Source: Candidatus Woesearchaeota archaeon
GTDB taxonomy: Archaea > Nanobdellota > Nanobdellia > Woesearchaeales > ARS49
Direction of reading: 5' to 3'
Assembly: GCA_038891615.1 (NCBI GenBank)
Contig: JAWADY010000003.1
Coordinates: 32,001-96,000 of the forward strand
DNA: 64,000 bases
In this document: positions 28,436-37,727 of the stretch, piece by piece
Position numbering within the stretch: position 1 is the first letter of the stretch
Layout of the letters: each line of letters opens with the position of its first letter
Position numbers and translations under genes: made by a program
The notes under the pieces: model-generated
The model's database searches: none
Seen by the model: only the letters and a program-made list of their open reading frames with translations
Told to the model about the DNA's origin: nothing

Positions 28436-30157
28436 ATGGAGAATCGTGAGATTGCTGAAATTCTTTTTGAACTTGCAGACTTGATGGAGCTGGTTGGAAT
28501 AAAATGGAAACCAATCGCTTTTAGAAAGGCAGGTCGCGCTCTGGAAACAATGACAACGCCTGTTGCTGATATCTACCAAAAGGGCGGGATAAAGGCGCTT
28601 GAGGAGTTGCCTGGTGTGGGAGCAGGAATTGCTGCACGCATTGAAGAGCTGCTAAAGACAGGCAAGCTGCGCGAGTATGAGAGACTAAAGAAAAAAATTC
28701 CACATGGCGTTGAAGAAATTACACATATAATGGGAGTTGGTCCAAAAAAGGCGGCAAGGCTTTACAAAGAACTTGGAATTGCTTCAATCGAACAGCTTGA
28801 GACCGCTGCAAAGACAGGAAAGATAAGAGAGTTGGCAGGATTTGGTGAGCGCTCTGAACAGGACATACTGAGAGGAATTGAGATGCTAAAGCGTGGCAAG
28901 GAAAGGCATCTACTTGGAACAGTGCTTCCAATTGCAAGGGCTCTTGAATCTAGGCTCAAGGAACTGCCATACGTTAAGGTAGCACAGGCTGCTGGTTCTG
29001 TACGAAGGCGCAAGGAGACTGTTGCGGACATTGACATACTTGTCATTTCAAAAAAGGCAGGGGCAGTTATGGACTTTTTCACAAGCATGCCAGATGTTGA
29101 ACAGGTTCTTGCAAAAGGGCCTACAAAATCTACTGTCATCCTTAAAAATGGCATACAAGCAGATGTTAGGGTGCTCGAAGAGTCCTCTTTTGGGGCAGCT
29201 TTACAGTACTTTACCGGGAGCGTTGAGCACAACGTCAGGTTGCGGCAGATTGCGATAAAAAAGGGTTACAAACTAAATGAATATGGCCTGTTTAAACGTT
29301 CTGGGGAATATGTTGCTGGAAGAACAGAAGCAGAGGTTTACAAAGCATTAGGACTTCCATACATCGAGCCAGAGCTTCGTGAGAATACAGGTGAGATAGA
29401 AGCAGCTGCCAAGCACAAACTCCCAAAGCTAATTGGTTATGGCGATATTCGCGGAGATCTTCATGTTCATACAAACTGGAGTGATGGTATGCAAAGCATT
29501 GAAGAGATGGTTAATGCTGCTCGCGCCCTTGGCTATGATTATGTTATAATCTCAGACCATTCAAAAAGTCAGAGAATTGCGCATGGCATGGAAGAAAAAA
29601 GATTGCTCAAACAGCTTTCTGAGATAGATAAAATAGCAAGAAAAATGCCTGACAACTTTAGGATATTCAAAGGGTTGGAATGTGACATACTTCCAGATGG
29701 AAGTCTTGATTTTGGAAATAACATTCTAAAGCAGCTTGACATAGTCATTGGTTCTGTACATTCGAGGTTCAAAAGTCCTGCCAAGGAGATGACCAGACGG
29801 ATAGTCAAGGCTTTAGAAAATCCTTATCTTACTATTCTTGGGCATCCAACAGGTCGCCTGATAAATGTCAGAGAGCCCTATGCCGTTGAATTTGAGAAAA
29901 TATGTCAGGCTGCTGTTGAGAATGGAAAATGGCTTGAGATAAACTCTTATCCTGAGAGGCTTGATTTAAAGGACAGCCATATAAGGATTGCAAAATCCTT
30001 TGGTGCAAAGTTTGTCATTTCCACTGATTCCCACCACTCCGAACACCTAAAATACATAGAATATGGCATTGCGCAGGCAAGACGAGGCTGGCTTGAAAAA
30101 GGAGATGTGCTTAATGCTCTGCCCCTCTCAAAAGTGGAAAAGCTTATTAAACGATAA
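28436..30157 (+). CDS. polX: DNA polymerase X with PHP domain
   Basis: GSVRR, DIDIL, YFTGS, DLHVHTNWSDG, DHS, STDSH. Confidence 0.96.
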   Translation: MENREIAEILFELADLMELVGIKWKPIAFRKAGRALETMTTPVADIYQKGGIKALEELPGVGAGIAARIEELLKTGKLREYERLKKKIPHGVEEITHIMGVGPKKAARLYKELGIASIEQLETAAKTGKIRELAGFGERSEQDILRGIEMLKRGKERHLLGTVLPIARALESRLKELPYVKVAQAAGSVRRRKETVADIDILVISKKAGAVMDFFTSMPDVEQVLAKGPTKSTVILKNGIQADVRVLEESSFGAALQYFTGSVEHNVRLRQIAIKKGYKLNEYGLFKRSGEYVAGRTEAEVYKALGLPYIEPELRENTGEIEAAAKHKLPKLIGYGDIRGDLHVHTNWSDGMQSIEEMVNAARALGYDYVIISDHSKSQRIAHGMEEKRLLKQLSEIDKIARKMPDNFRIFKGLECDILPDGSLDFGNNILKQLDIVIGSVHSRFKSPAKEMTRRIVKALENPYLTILGHPTGRLINVREPYAVEFEKICQAAVENGKWLEINSYPERLDLKDSHIRIAKSFGAKFVISTDSHHSEHLKYIEYGIAQARRGWLEKGDVLNALPLSKVEKLIKR

Positions 30158-30184
30158 ATCGCAAAGATTTGCTGGAGCGCCAAA

Positions 30185-30460
30185 ATGCCATTAAAAGAAG
30201 AGCTAAGGGAGGTTGTGCCACGAGACATTCTAATAACGCCTGAGTATAACGTCTTTCAAAAAGAAATTGAACAAAAGAAGCTGAAAAGCTTTGAAGAGGT
30301 GAAGGCTTATGTTGAGCAAGAGCTCACCAAAACAGCAGAGCGCATCAAGGTTTTGCAAAAAGGCCAGCGGGAAGGCACAATGACAAGAGCGCTTAGGCGG
30401 CTTACCTCAAGGCTTGATTTTCTAAATCTTGTAAAGAAAAAGATACTCATCTATCTTTAA
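30185..30460 (+). CDS. Hypothetical protein
   Basis: 91-aa ATG ORF co-oriented after polX, helical composition. Confidence 0.65.
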   Translation: MPLKEELREVVPRDILITPEYNVFQKEIEQKKLKSFEEVKAYVEQELTKTAERIKVLQKGQREGTMTRALRRLTSRLDFLNLVKKKILIYL

Positions 30461-30581
30461 GCTGCTAATTATTCTTTTCAGTGGCTGCTTTTTTAGCAAA
30501 GTTAAAAGTTACGTTGACCAAAAATATATTAACCATATGTGTTAACAAGCTTTAAATAGAGAGTTCCTTGCTCAAAGGAAA

Positions 30582-30654
30582 GGGGACGTCGTCTAACCTG
30601 GTAGGGCATCCGGCTCCAGACCGGAAGATTGGGGTTCAAATCCTCACGTCCCCA
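30582..30654 (+). tRNA. tRNA-Trp(CCA), intronless
   Basis: GGGGACG/CGTCCCC acceptor, TCCGG-CTCCAGA-CCGGA anticodon arm, TTCAAAT. Confidence 0.94.
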
Positions 30655-30666
30655 TAAGTGCTCAAA

Positions 30667-31797
30667 ATGCAAAGACTCCAGCTTTATAAGGGGATTGCGA
30701 TTTTTGTTGGTACTGTTATTGGGGCTGGAGTTCTGGGCATTCCTTGGGCAGTGGGAAAGTCTGGCTTTCTTGCAGGGCTTTTGCACATTCTCGCGCTTGG
30801 TCTTGCCATGATGTTTGTCAATCTTTGTGTTGGAGAGCTGACACTTCGCACACAAGGCGATCACCAACTAGCAGGTTATGCAGGGCTCTATCTTGGAAAA
30901 TGGGGCAAGCGACTTATGATGCTTTCCCTCATGATTGGCATTTATGGAGCATTAATTGCTTACACAGTTGGAATAGGTCAGAGCGCAGCACAGATATTTG
31001 GTCTTGAGCCATGGCTTTGGAGTGCACTTTTTTACATTCTTGGAATAATTCTTGTGAGCCTTGACATCAAAAGGATTGGGCTACCAGAAATGTTCCTCTC
31101 TCTTACAAAATTAGGACTTCTTATAACAATTTTCATAGTAATTTCAGCAAGCGGATTAATTCAATCTGAGAACTTGACCAAATTTGTCACACCAGAGTTT
31201 TTGGCTCCTTATGGTGTTGTGCTTTTTGCGTATCTTGGGATGTCTGCTGTGCCTGAGGTAAGAGAGGTCATGCTTGGCAGTTGGCAGCTGATGAAAAATG
31301 CAATAATCATTGGTTCCCTCATTCCAATCATTCTTTATGCACTGTTTACCTTTGCGGTTGTTGGCTCATTAGGTTCAAATATTTCAGAAGTTGCCACAAT
31401 AAGCATTGGCAGCATTCTTGGAAGAGCAGGAATAATGCTAATAAATGCTTTTGCGATCTTTGCTATGTTCTCTGCATTTGTCCCTGTTAGCATTGCGCTT
31501 AGGCATGCCTATTCTCATGACTTTGGGCTGAGAAAACCTCTTGCACTTCTTTTGGTATTTAGTGCACCTGTCCTTCTCATTCTTGCTGGTGTGCACTCTT
31601 TTGCCAGAACACTAGAAGTGGCTGGAGCACTTGCTGGAGGAATTGGTGGAACACTAATAATTCTCATGTGGTTGAAGGCAAAGACTGTTGGTGAAAGAAA
31701 GCCAGAATACTCACTTGAATTACCAATTTTTTTTGCCTATCTGCTTATTGCAATGTTTATTCTTGGTGCAGGGTACGTCATTTACAGCATTGTCTAA
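30667..31797 (+). CDS. Aromatic amino-acid (Trp/Tyr, HAAAP/Mtr-TyrP-like) permease
   Basis: GTVIGAGVLGIP TM1 motif, PYGVVLFAY, ~11 TMs; alternative GTG start 30658. Confidence 0.85.
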   Translation: MQRLQLYKGIAIFVGTVIGAGVLGIPWAVGKSGFLAGLLHILALGLAMMFVNLCVGELTLRTQGDHQLAGYAGLYLGKWGKRLMMLSLMIGIYGALIAYTVGIGQSAAQIFGLEPWLWSALFYILGIILVSLDIKRIGLPEMFLSLTKLGLLITIFIVISASGLIQSENLTKFVTPEFLAPYGVVLFAYLGMSAVPEVREVMLGSWQLMKNAIIIGSLIPIILYALFTFAVVGSLGSNISEVATISIGSILGRAGIMLINAFAIFAMFSAFVPVSIALRHAYSHDFGLRKPLALLLVFSAPVLLILAGVHSFARTLEVAGALAGGIGGTLIILMWLKAKTVGERKPEYSLELPIFFAYLLIAMFILGAGYVIYSIV

Positions 31798-31801
31798 TTG
31801 C

Positions 31802-33529
31802 CTAGCGCTTTTTAATTCTGAGCCTTATTCTTTGCTCGGCTTGGAAAAGTCTTCGTAGAATGAGGACTATCACGACAAGGAGAAATGCCACAACTCCACC
31901 TGCAATGTATTCAAACCACCCTTTGAAGAAAAGTTCTACAGGCCTTGGCACAAGTTCTGGCTTTGGAAGGACAGTCAGCCTAACGGCATTGCTCCTTATT
32001 GCGCCTCCCTTGCCATCTTCAGCAACAAATATAACATCTTCTGCACCATGCCAATTTGCTTCTGGTATTAGATTTGCAATACCATCAGTTATCTCAATAG
32101 AGATGTGTTGAAGGGGTGTATGGCTAAATGTTAGTTGGTCTCCGTCAGGGTCTTTAAAGTACTTGGTAAGATTGATTACTGTAATGCTGTCTTCTGGCCA
32201 TGTCTGTGGCGGAATTCCTATGCTCGTTGTTGGCACAGTAGCATAACTCAGGAGAATAATAATAACAGAAATAATAATCCCAAATGCAACTTGGCCAGGC
32301 TTTCTTATCCATGGCTTTAGCCTTTTTTTCGAAAGGCGACGGAGGTTTTTTTGACGCAAGAAGGCAAGATATTTTGCTATTCTAAAAATGGTCCATGCAG
32401 CTGCGGCTACTAGCACCAAAATTGCAGCATATTTGAGATTGTTTTTTGCAAACCTACCTATCTTTGCTAGAAAAACAGCAAGCTCCACTCTCTTTGCTGC
32501 CTTTTTTGGTTTAAGAATTAAAGTAACTACTTTTGTGTTTGCTTTTTTTGTGCTTTCTGGTATTGCGCTTATGTTTAGATTGTGCCTACCTTCTTTTATA
32601 TCCGGAGGGAATTCAATCTCGAGTGTAAAGTTGCTCTTTTCGCCAGCTTTTAACTCGAGGCTTTCAGGCGAGAGCGCTATGCTTAGACCTTCTATAGCTT
32701 CGCTTGTTCTGCTCTCGAGCAGGTATTCTGTCTCTTCGTCTGCTTTGTTCTCAAGAACAAATGTTACAGTTCTTGGTTGATCGAGCTCTAACAGGCTCGG
32801 TCCTTCTATAGCCGCAAGCCCTTTTTTATTTATTTTCAGAAGCAGCTCAATCTCACCGATAAGGCTACTTTTGCTTGTTTCTATAAAAAATGCTATGCTG
32901 AAGTTTCCATAAGTTGAGCATGAGTTCGGCTCTGCAAAAACCTTGACAAGGGCCTTCTCACCAGGCTTTAATGACGTGCTGTTTGTGCTTGTCCAAACCT
33001 TAAGCTGCTTTGGTGATTTTACAAGAAAGGAATAATTTTCATCAACTGTTCCTGAATTCTTTACTTCCAGTGCAAACTCAGACCTTGAACATGGCGTGCT
33101 TTCTTCTGACCATTTTAAAGGAATTATTTCAAGATTCGACTGCTTTTCAATAACTAACTCTTGCTCGAGGTACTTTTTAATCTCAGCAGTTAAGATTTCA
33201 GTAAGTAATGGATAACTCCCTGTTTTGGCATTGCAGGGAATTGTCATCGTTACATTTATGACTTTTGTCGAGCCAGGCAATAAAAATGGCTCAGGAGCGC
33301 TCAACCAGCCAGCCGCGTCTCCGAAAAAGGCGAAACGATAAGAAGTAGCGCTATCCCCGCTGTTTGTTATTGTTATTGCATAGTTTCCCTGTTCGCATTG
33401 TCTTGCTGAGATTGTCGAGGGTGAGGTTGCGGTAAAGTCCTCACCAGAAACAATTAAGGAATGCAGAATCGTAAGTATGATGATGTTCAAAAAAATTTTT
33501 GACACTCTCTTTTTATTCATTTCTTTCAC
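31802..33529 (-). CDS. Cell-surface protein: tandem Ig-like domains, TM hairpin, cadherin-like domain, C-terminal TM
   Basis: Signal peptide; three NxG/NxA beta-sandwich repeats; DPDGDQLTF motif. Confidence 0.75.
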   Translation of the reverse strand: MKEMNKKRVSKIFLNIIILTILHSLIVSGEDFTATSPSTISARQCEQGNYAITITNSGDSATSYRFAFFGDAAGWLSAPEPFLLPGSTKVINVTMTIPCNAKTGSYPLLTEILTAEIKKYLEQELVIEKQSNLEIIPLKWSEESTPCSRSEFALEVKNSGTVDENYSFLVKSPKQLKVWTSTNSTSLKPGEKALVKVFAEPNSCSTYGNFSIAFFIETSKSSLIGEIELLLKINKKGLAAIEGPSLLELDQPRTVTFVLENKADEETEYLLESRTSEAIEGLSIALSPESLELKAGEKSNFTLEIEFPPDIKEGRHNLNISAIPESTKKANTKVVTLILKPKKAAKRVELAVFLAKIGRFAKNNLKYAAILVLVAAAAWTIFRIAKYLAFLRQKNLRRLSKKRLKPWIRKPGQVAFGIIISVIIILLSYATVPTTSIGIPPQTWPEDSITVINLTKYFKDPDGDQLTFSHTPLQHISIEITDGIANLIPEANWHGAEDVIFVAEDGKGGAIRSNAVRLTVLPKPELVPRPVELFFKGWFEYIAGGVVAFLLVVIVLILRRLFQAEQRIRLRIKKR

Positions 33530-33554
33530 TATTTTTCAAATGGCACTTTGGCCA

Positions 33555-34790
33555 CTAATAATAAACTTCGCTCCTTGCCCCTTTTCTAAGGGTGCTCACA
33601 ATCAGCAATATGATCATTAGCGCAGCAAGCACAATAACTGCAATTTCGAGAATAGCGCGCAGGTCTGTCTTTGGTGCTGGCGTTATCTCCAGCTGAACCT
33701 GTGACTGCCCTACTTGCTTACTTTCAGAGTTAAGCAGCTCAATTTGGACTTTTTTTAGACCACTTGCTTTTTTGCTGGTTGCTATTGTCAGCGTGAATGT
33801 ACCACTTGCGCCAGGTTCCAAAATAAGCGTGGGAGCCGGGCTCAGGGTAGCCTCGCCCCATCCATCTACACCCCCAACAACAAGGCTAAATGAACTTGCG
33901 CTCTTACCATTGTTTGTAAGCTTTATCTGAAAGCTCGCAACACTTCCAGCAACAACAGATGCCTGAGATTGGTCAAGAACAATTTGAGGCCTTGAATCGC
34001 TGGAGCTCTTGTAGTCTTTGTTTTCAAGAATCTTTATTGGAATTACTTCTTTAACAATGCCCCTTTTTCTGTCAAAGCTTGCCTGTGCAACAAAGTCATA
34101 TACCCCTTCCTTTGTTGAAGGAGGAATTCTTAAGTAAAGCTCTTCTGTGCTCTCTTCGCTTCCAGCTTTTAGCTCTTCAAGATAAGTGCTGTCACTCAAG
34201 CCGAGTTCAGGAATAGCAACTGTTATCTTTATGTTTTCCTCAGTCTTTGCGCCTGTATTTTCAAGTCGTACTGTTGCAAGCAATGAACGCCCTGCAAAAA
34301 GATTGCCATCCGGCCTTAAAATAATGTCAGAAATTCTCAAGCCGTGCCTTGGTGCATCTATTTTGAGATTGTAGCTCTCAATAAGCGCATCACCATTTCT
34401 ATCTGAAAGGACTATGCGAAGCTTGTAGCTGTCAACATCAACATCAGAAGGAAGCTTTAGCTTAAGCTTTTTGCTGTAGCTTGTGTTTGCTTCAAGGTCA
34501 AAAGGCCCAACCCTGTCATGAATTGGTTCGATATCTCCATATTCATATCCTGAAATAAAAGCCTCTAGCTCTGCATTTTTTATGTTGGAGCCCGCCTCAA
34601 TGGTTACCTTTAGGGCGAACTCGTTGCCACGTTCCAAAGAAAGTCTTGTTTGTTCGTTTGGAACAAGCTCTGTACCATCGATTTCAACATTAGAAAATGA
34701 AGCATCAAGCGCAAAGGTGGATGAGGCAAAAATTATTGCAAAAAGTGCCGCCATCAGCCCAAGCGAGAGTCCTTTCGCGAACTTCATCAT
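33555..34790 (-). CDS. S-layer-like/CARDB domain surface protein with C-terminal anchor
   Basis: Signal peptide, LENTG...IPELG CARDB-like repeat, TM then YY end. Confidence 0.75.
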   Translation of the reverse strand: MMKFAKGLSLGLMAALFAIIFASSTFALDASFSNVEIDGTELVPNEQTRLSLERGNEFALKVTIEAGSNIKNAELEAFISGYEYGDIEPIHDRVGPFDLEANTSYSKKLKLKLPSDVDVDSYKLRIVLSDRNGDALIESYNLKIDAPRHGLRISDIILRPDGNLFAGRSLLATVRLENTGAKTEENIKITVAIPELGLSDSTYLEELKAGSEESTEELYLRIPPSTKEGVYDFVAQASFDRKRGIVKEVIPIKILENKDYKSSSDSRPQIVLDQSQASVVAGSVASFQIKLTNNGKSASSFSLVVGGVDGWGEATLSPAPTLILEPGASGTFTLTIATSKKASGLKKVQIELLNSESKQVGQSQVQLEITPAPKTDLRAILEIAVIVLAALMIILLIVSTLRKGARSEVYY

Positions 34791-34842
34791 CAACACCCCG
34801 TTGTTAGGTAATTTCAAGCATATATAAATCTTTCTACTTTTA

Positions 34843-36855
34843 CTACTCTGAAGTAACTTCTATCTCTCTGTGGATTGTGCGCCTTACTTCATTGCTGTAG
34901 ATATTCAGCCTTAGCCAATAGTTTTTCTCTTTAAGCGCATTAGGAAGCTCAAGATAGACTGTTTTGCTCATCCTCTCACCTTGGCCGAGGTCAAAAGGAC
35001 CAATGCTTTTGCGTATCCCAAGCTCTGGAATTGAAACTATCACCTTTACATCATCAAGGCCTTTATTGCCGCTGTTAGAGAGCGCAATGCCAACCTCAAG
35101 AATATCTCCTGCAAGAATGTTACTTTCAGGAACTCTCACTGCAGAAATGTGTATTCCAAACTCAGCCTCCTCAGCACCAATAGGTTTTTCAGCAACTCCT
35201 GGCTTTTGAAGCCTAACTGTTATGAAAATGCTCTGATCTACGATGGTGGCTACTCCACTAACCTCTAAATATCCTTCTTTGTTTATCTTATATGCGTAAC
35301 TAGCTGGAGCAAAGTTATTGAAAACAGCTATCCCTGCAGAATCTGTCTGCTTGCTCTGGCCATCAAATACAACAAGTGCATTTGGTAGTGGATTGCCTGT
35401 TGAATTATCAAGCACTAGGAATGTTGCAGAGAAGACTCCTGAACTTGTGCGCGGAGTAAGTGAAAGGAAAACAAAAACATCAGAAGAGCTGACTTTAACA
35501 GTTCCAGAAAGTGGTTCATAACCAGGATGGCTTATTGTGTAGCTGTAATCCCCAGCCTGGACATTGGCAAATTGTGCAAAACCCTTATCGTCTGTTATCC
35601 TGGTCTGTGGAGTGCCTCCTGAAATGCTTATCGTTGCACCTGGCACAGGCAGTCCAGTAAGTGCATCAATAAGATAAAAGTTTATTGTAGACCTTTCCTC
35701 TGCTGAAGCAAAAACCTGCAGCGTAGCTCTTTCTCCAAGGTTTTGCTTTGCCACGCAGTTAGGAGAGTTGGCAATTCCTTCAACAAGGATTGAATAAATG
35801 CCTTCTCCACCACTTGGTGTCCAGCTGAAGGAATACTCCTTAGGCTGAATGGCATCTGGGTTTTCTCCAACTTCAAGCTCGCCATTTGTAACTGAACCTG
35901 AAGGAGCTGTAACAGTGTATTTTATCTTTGTAGGAACCGGGCTTAGACTTCCGTCACTAGCAAGGTTTGATATTTTTGAGAACAGAACAGTTGCTGGCTC
36001 TCCGAGCCTTGGCTTGAATGGAACGGTTCTTAGATTGTTGATAAGTGTATAACATTGGTTTGTCGGCTCGTTCTCAAGTACTGTAAACTGTTTTGAGCTT
36101 GTCATTACTGTGCTGCTTTCACATTGATCGTCTGTAACTTCTGAGCTAACCGAGGCGGAGTAGTTTCCGTCCTTCCCAGGAGTCCAGCTGAAACTAACAT
36201 CCTCTGCTTCATCCATGAAAAGCAAAATCTTTTTCTTTTCTGTTTTCACAACCGCGCCTGTGTCGAGATTAACGATTTGTAGTGTTACTTCGGTCTCTGC
36301 AGAATAATGTTCATCCTTAAATGCTTCTGGTACAAACCCAACTCCGTTGTCTGCTTGCTCAAATGGAGACCTTGTTGTTGCGGCCAACGAGGCTGAGGTG
36401 CTTACAACAAGAGGAATGTTTGCCTTGGCATCATTCGTTATTCGCAGGTTTTCAAGAGTTGCCTTGCAACTTTTGACTTTGTTAAATGTGATGTCAAAGC
36501 TTGTGGTAAAAAGCCTTTCATCTCCTCCTGAGTTCCACGTCGCAACAAATTCTTGGGGGACGTATCCTTTGCTGAAATAATAAACAGCATAGCCGTATTG
36601 AGTTGCAAGGCTGCTAGGATATCTAATTGTTAACCTTCCGTTTGTTGTCGACTTTCCATCAGGAAAGCTTCCTGAAAAGGCAGCAACATTATTACAACCA
36701 GCGTCAAGACAATCAAATGCTTCTACCTGCACGTTTGGTACATTAAAATTGTAAACAACATCAACAAGTGCACTTGCGCTGTTGGAAAAGATTATTGCAG
36801 CAAAAAGGCTTACCAGAATAAAAAGCATGCTCACAAAACCTTTTTTTTCAGCCAT
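34843..36855 (-). CDS. Secreted multi-domain surface protein (Ig-like, two carboxypeptidase-regulatory/PEGA-like repeats, CARDB)
   Basis: Signal peptide; DxxTGxPxPxA...TDxxGxAxF...YxIxxxGY repeats; LSNSG...IPELG. Confidence 0.75.
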   Translation of the reverse strand: MAEKKGFVSMLFILVSLFAAIIFSNSASALVDVVYNFNVPNVQVEAFDCLDAGCNNVAAFSGSFPDGKSTTNGRLTIRYPSSLATQYGYAVYYFSKGYVPQEFVATWNSGGDERLFTTSFDITFNKVKSCKATLENLRITNDAKANIPLVVSTSASLAATTRSPFEQADNGVGFVPEAFKDEHYSAETEVTLQIVNLDTGAVVKTEKKKILLFMDEAEDVSFSWTPGKDGNYSASVSSEVTDDQCESSTVMTSSKQFTVLENEPTNQCYTLINNLRTVPFKPRLGEPATVLFSKISNLASDGSLSPVPTKIKYTVTAPSGSVTNGELEVGENPDAIQPKEYSFSWTPSGGEGIYSILVEGIANSPNCVAKQNLGERATLQVFASAEERSTINFYLIDALTGLPVPGATISISGGTPQTRITDDKGFAQFANVQAGDYSYTISHPGYEPLSGTVKVSSSDVFVFLSLTPRTSSGVFSATFLVLDNSTGNPLPNALVVFDGQSKQTDSAGIAVFNNFAPASYAYKINKEGYLEVSGVATIVDQSIFITVRLQKPGVAEKPIGAEEAEFGIHISAVRVPESNILAGDILEVGIALSNSGNKGLDDVKVIVSIPELGIRKSIGPFDLGQGERMSKTVYLELPNALKEKNYWLRLNIYSNEVRRTIHREIEVTSE

Positions 36856-36901
36856 TTAGAGCCACCTTCATATTCTTTCTCTTGGTAAATCCGACTAGCT
36901 T

Positions 36902-37633
36902 CTAAAATGCTCCTCCCCCAACTTGGCCTCCTGATATTCCTCCTCCGCTTGAAGAAGCGCCAGCTCCGCCACCGCCATGACTTGCAGAAGCAATACCAAT
37001 AACCACCAAACCAGTCCCAATCGTTGAAGCAATGCAGCCTTCTGTACTTCTGTTTTCAGTTAGGCAGTTATAAATGACATTCACTCCTGGGGTTATATTC
37101 AGCAGAAACTTTCCAAAATTAAACCCCTTTTTATTTTGACTAACATTTCGGTTGTTTTGTTTTGTGGCCTCAACAGCAACATACCTTAATCTACAATCCT
37201 GCTCTCCACTTGAGCGTCTAAAGCATACCTCTTGCTTTATCGTCTTTTCCGCCTTTTGCTGACCTGTTTCCTTTTCAGTCTGCTTGGCTGCGTATGCAAG
37301 CTGGTCGTTGTTGGGGTGGTTGTATGAAACGCTGGGTTGGTCCTGTTCGGCTGTTTTTTTCTGAGCGTTTGCAATCAAGCCATCTATCTTTTGGTCGAGC
37401 GCACTGTATTGGTTTTGTAGCGATCTGTAAACGCTTTCCAGAGCCTCAAGCTTTTGTTCGAGGTTTTTTATATTTCTCAAGGCGTTTGCGTTGCTATAAA
37501 ATTGGTTTGGTTTGTTTTTTGATTCAAAATATAACTGGCTAAGTTTGTCTGTTCCGAGGTACGCTGCGGCACTCCCTAAAGCAAGCAGAAACCAATTTTT
37601 TAATCCAATCTTGTTATTAAAGTAATCTGCCAT
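36902..37633 (-). CDS. Hypothetical membrane-associated protein (coiled coil, two Cx9C loops, Gly-rich tail)
   Basis: ORF with own promoter and SD; N-terminal hydrophobic stretch and C-terminal hydrophobic/Gly-rich segment. Confidence 0.7.
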   Translation of the reverse strand: MADYFNNKIGLKNWFLLALGSAAAYLGTDKLSQLYFESKNKPNQFYSNANALRNIKNLEQKLEALESVYRSLQNQYSALDQKIDGLIANAQKKTAEQDQPSVSYNHPNNDQLAYAAKQTEKETGQQKAEKTIKQEVCFRRSSGEQDCRLRYVAVEATKQNNRNVSQNKKGFNFGKFLLNITPGVNVIYNCLTENRSTEGCIASTIGTGLVVIGIASASHGGGGAGASSSGGGISGGQVGGGAF

Positions 37634-37727
37634 TTTACCACCCCAAAAACAAAATAAATTTGTGTGTAGTATTTGCTTCCTACTATATAAAACTATCGTT
37701 TTAGTTGCTATTACAGAGTAGCAATAT

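Noticed and set aside
30529-30867. Minus-strand ORF across tRNA-Trp
   Set aside because: Antisense to the tRNA and permease
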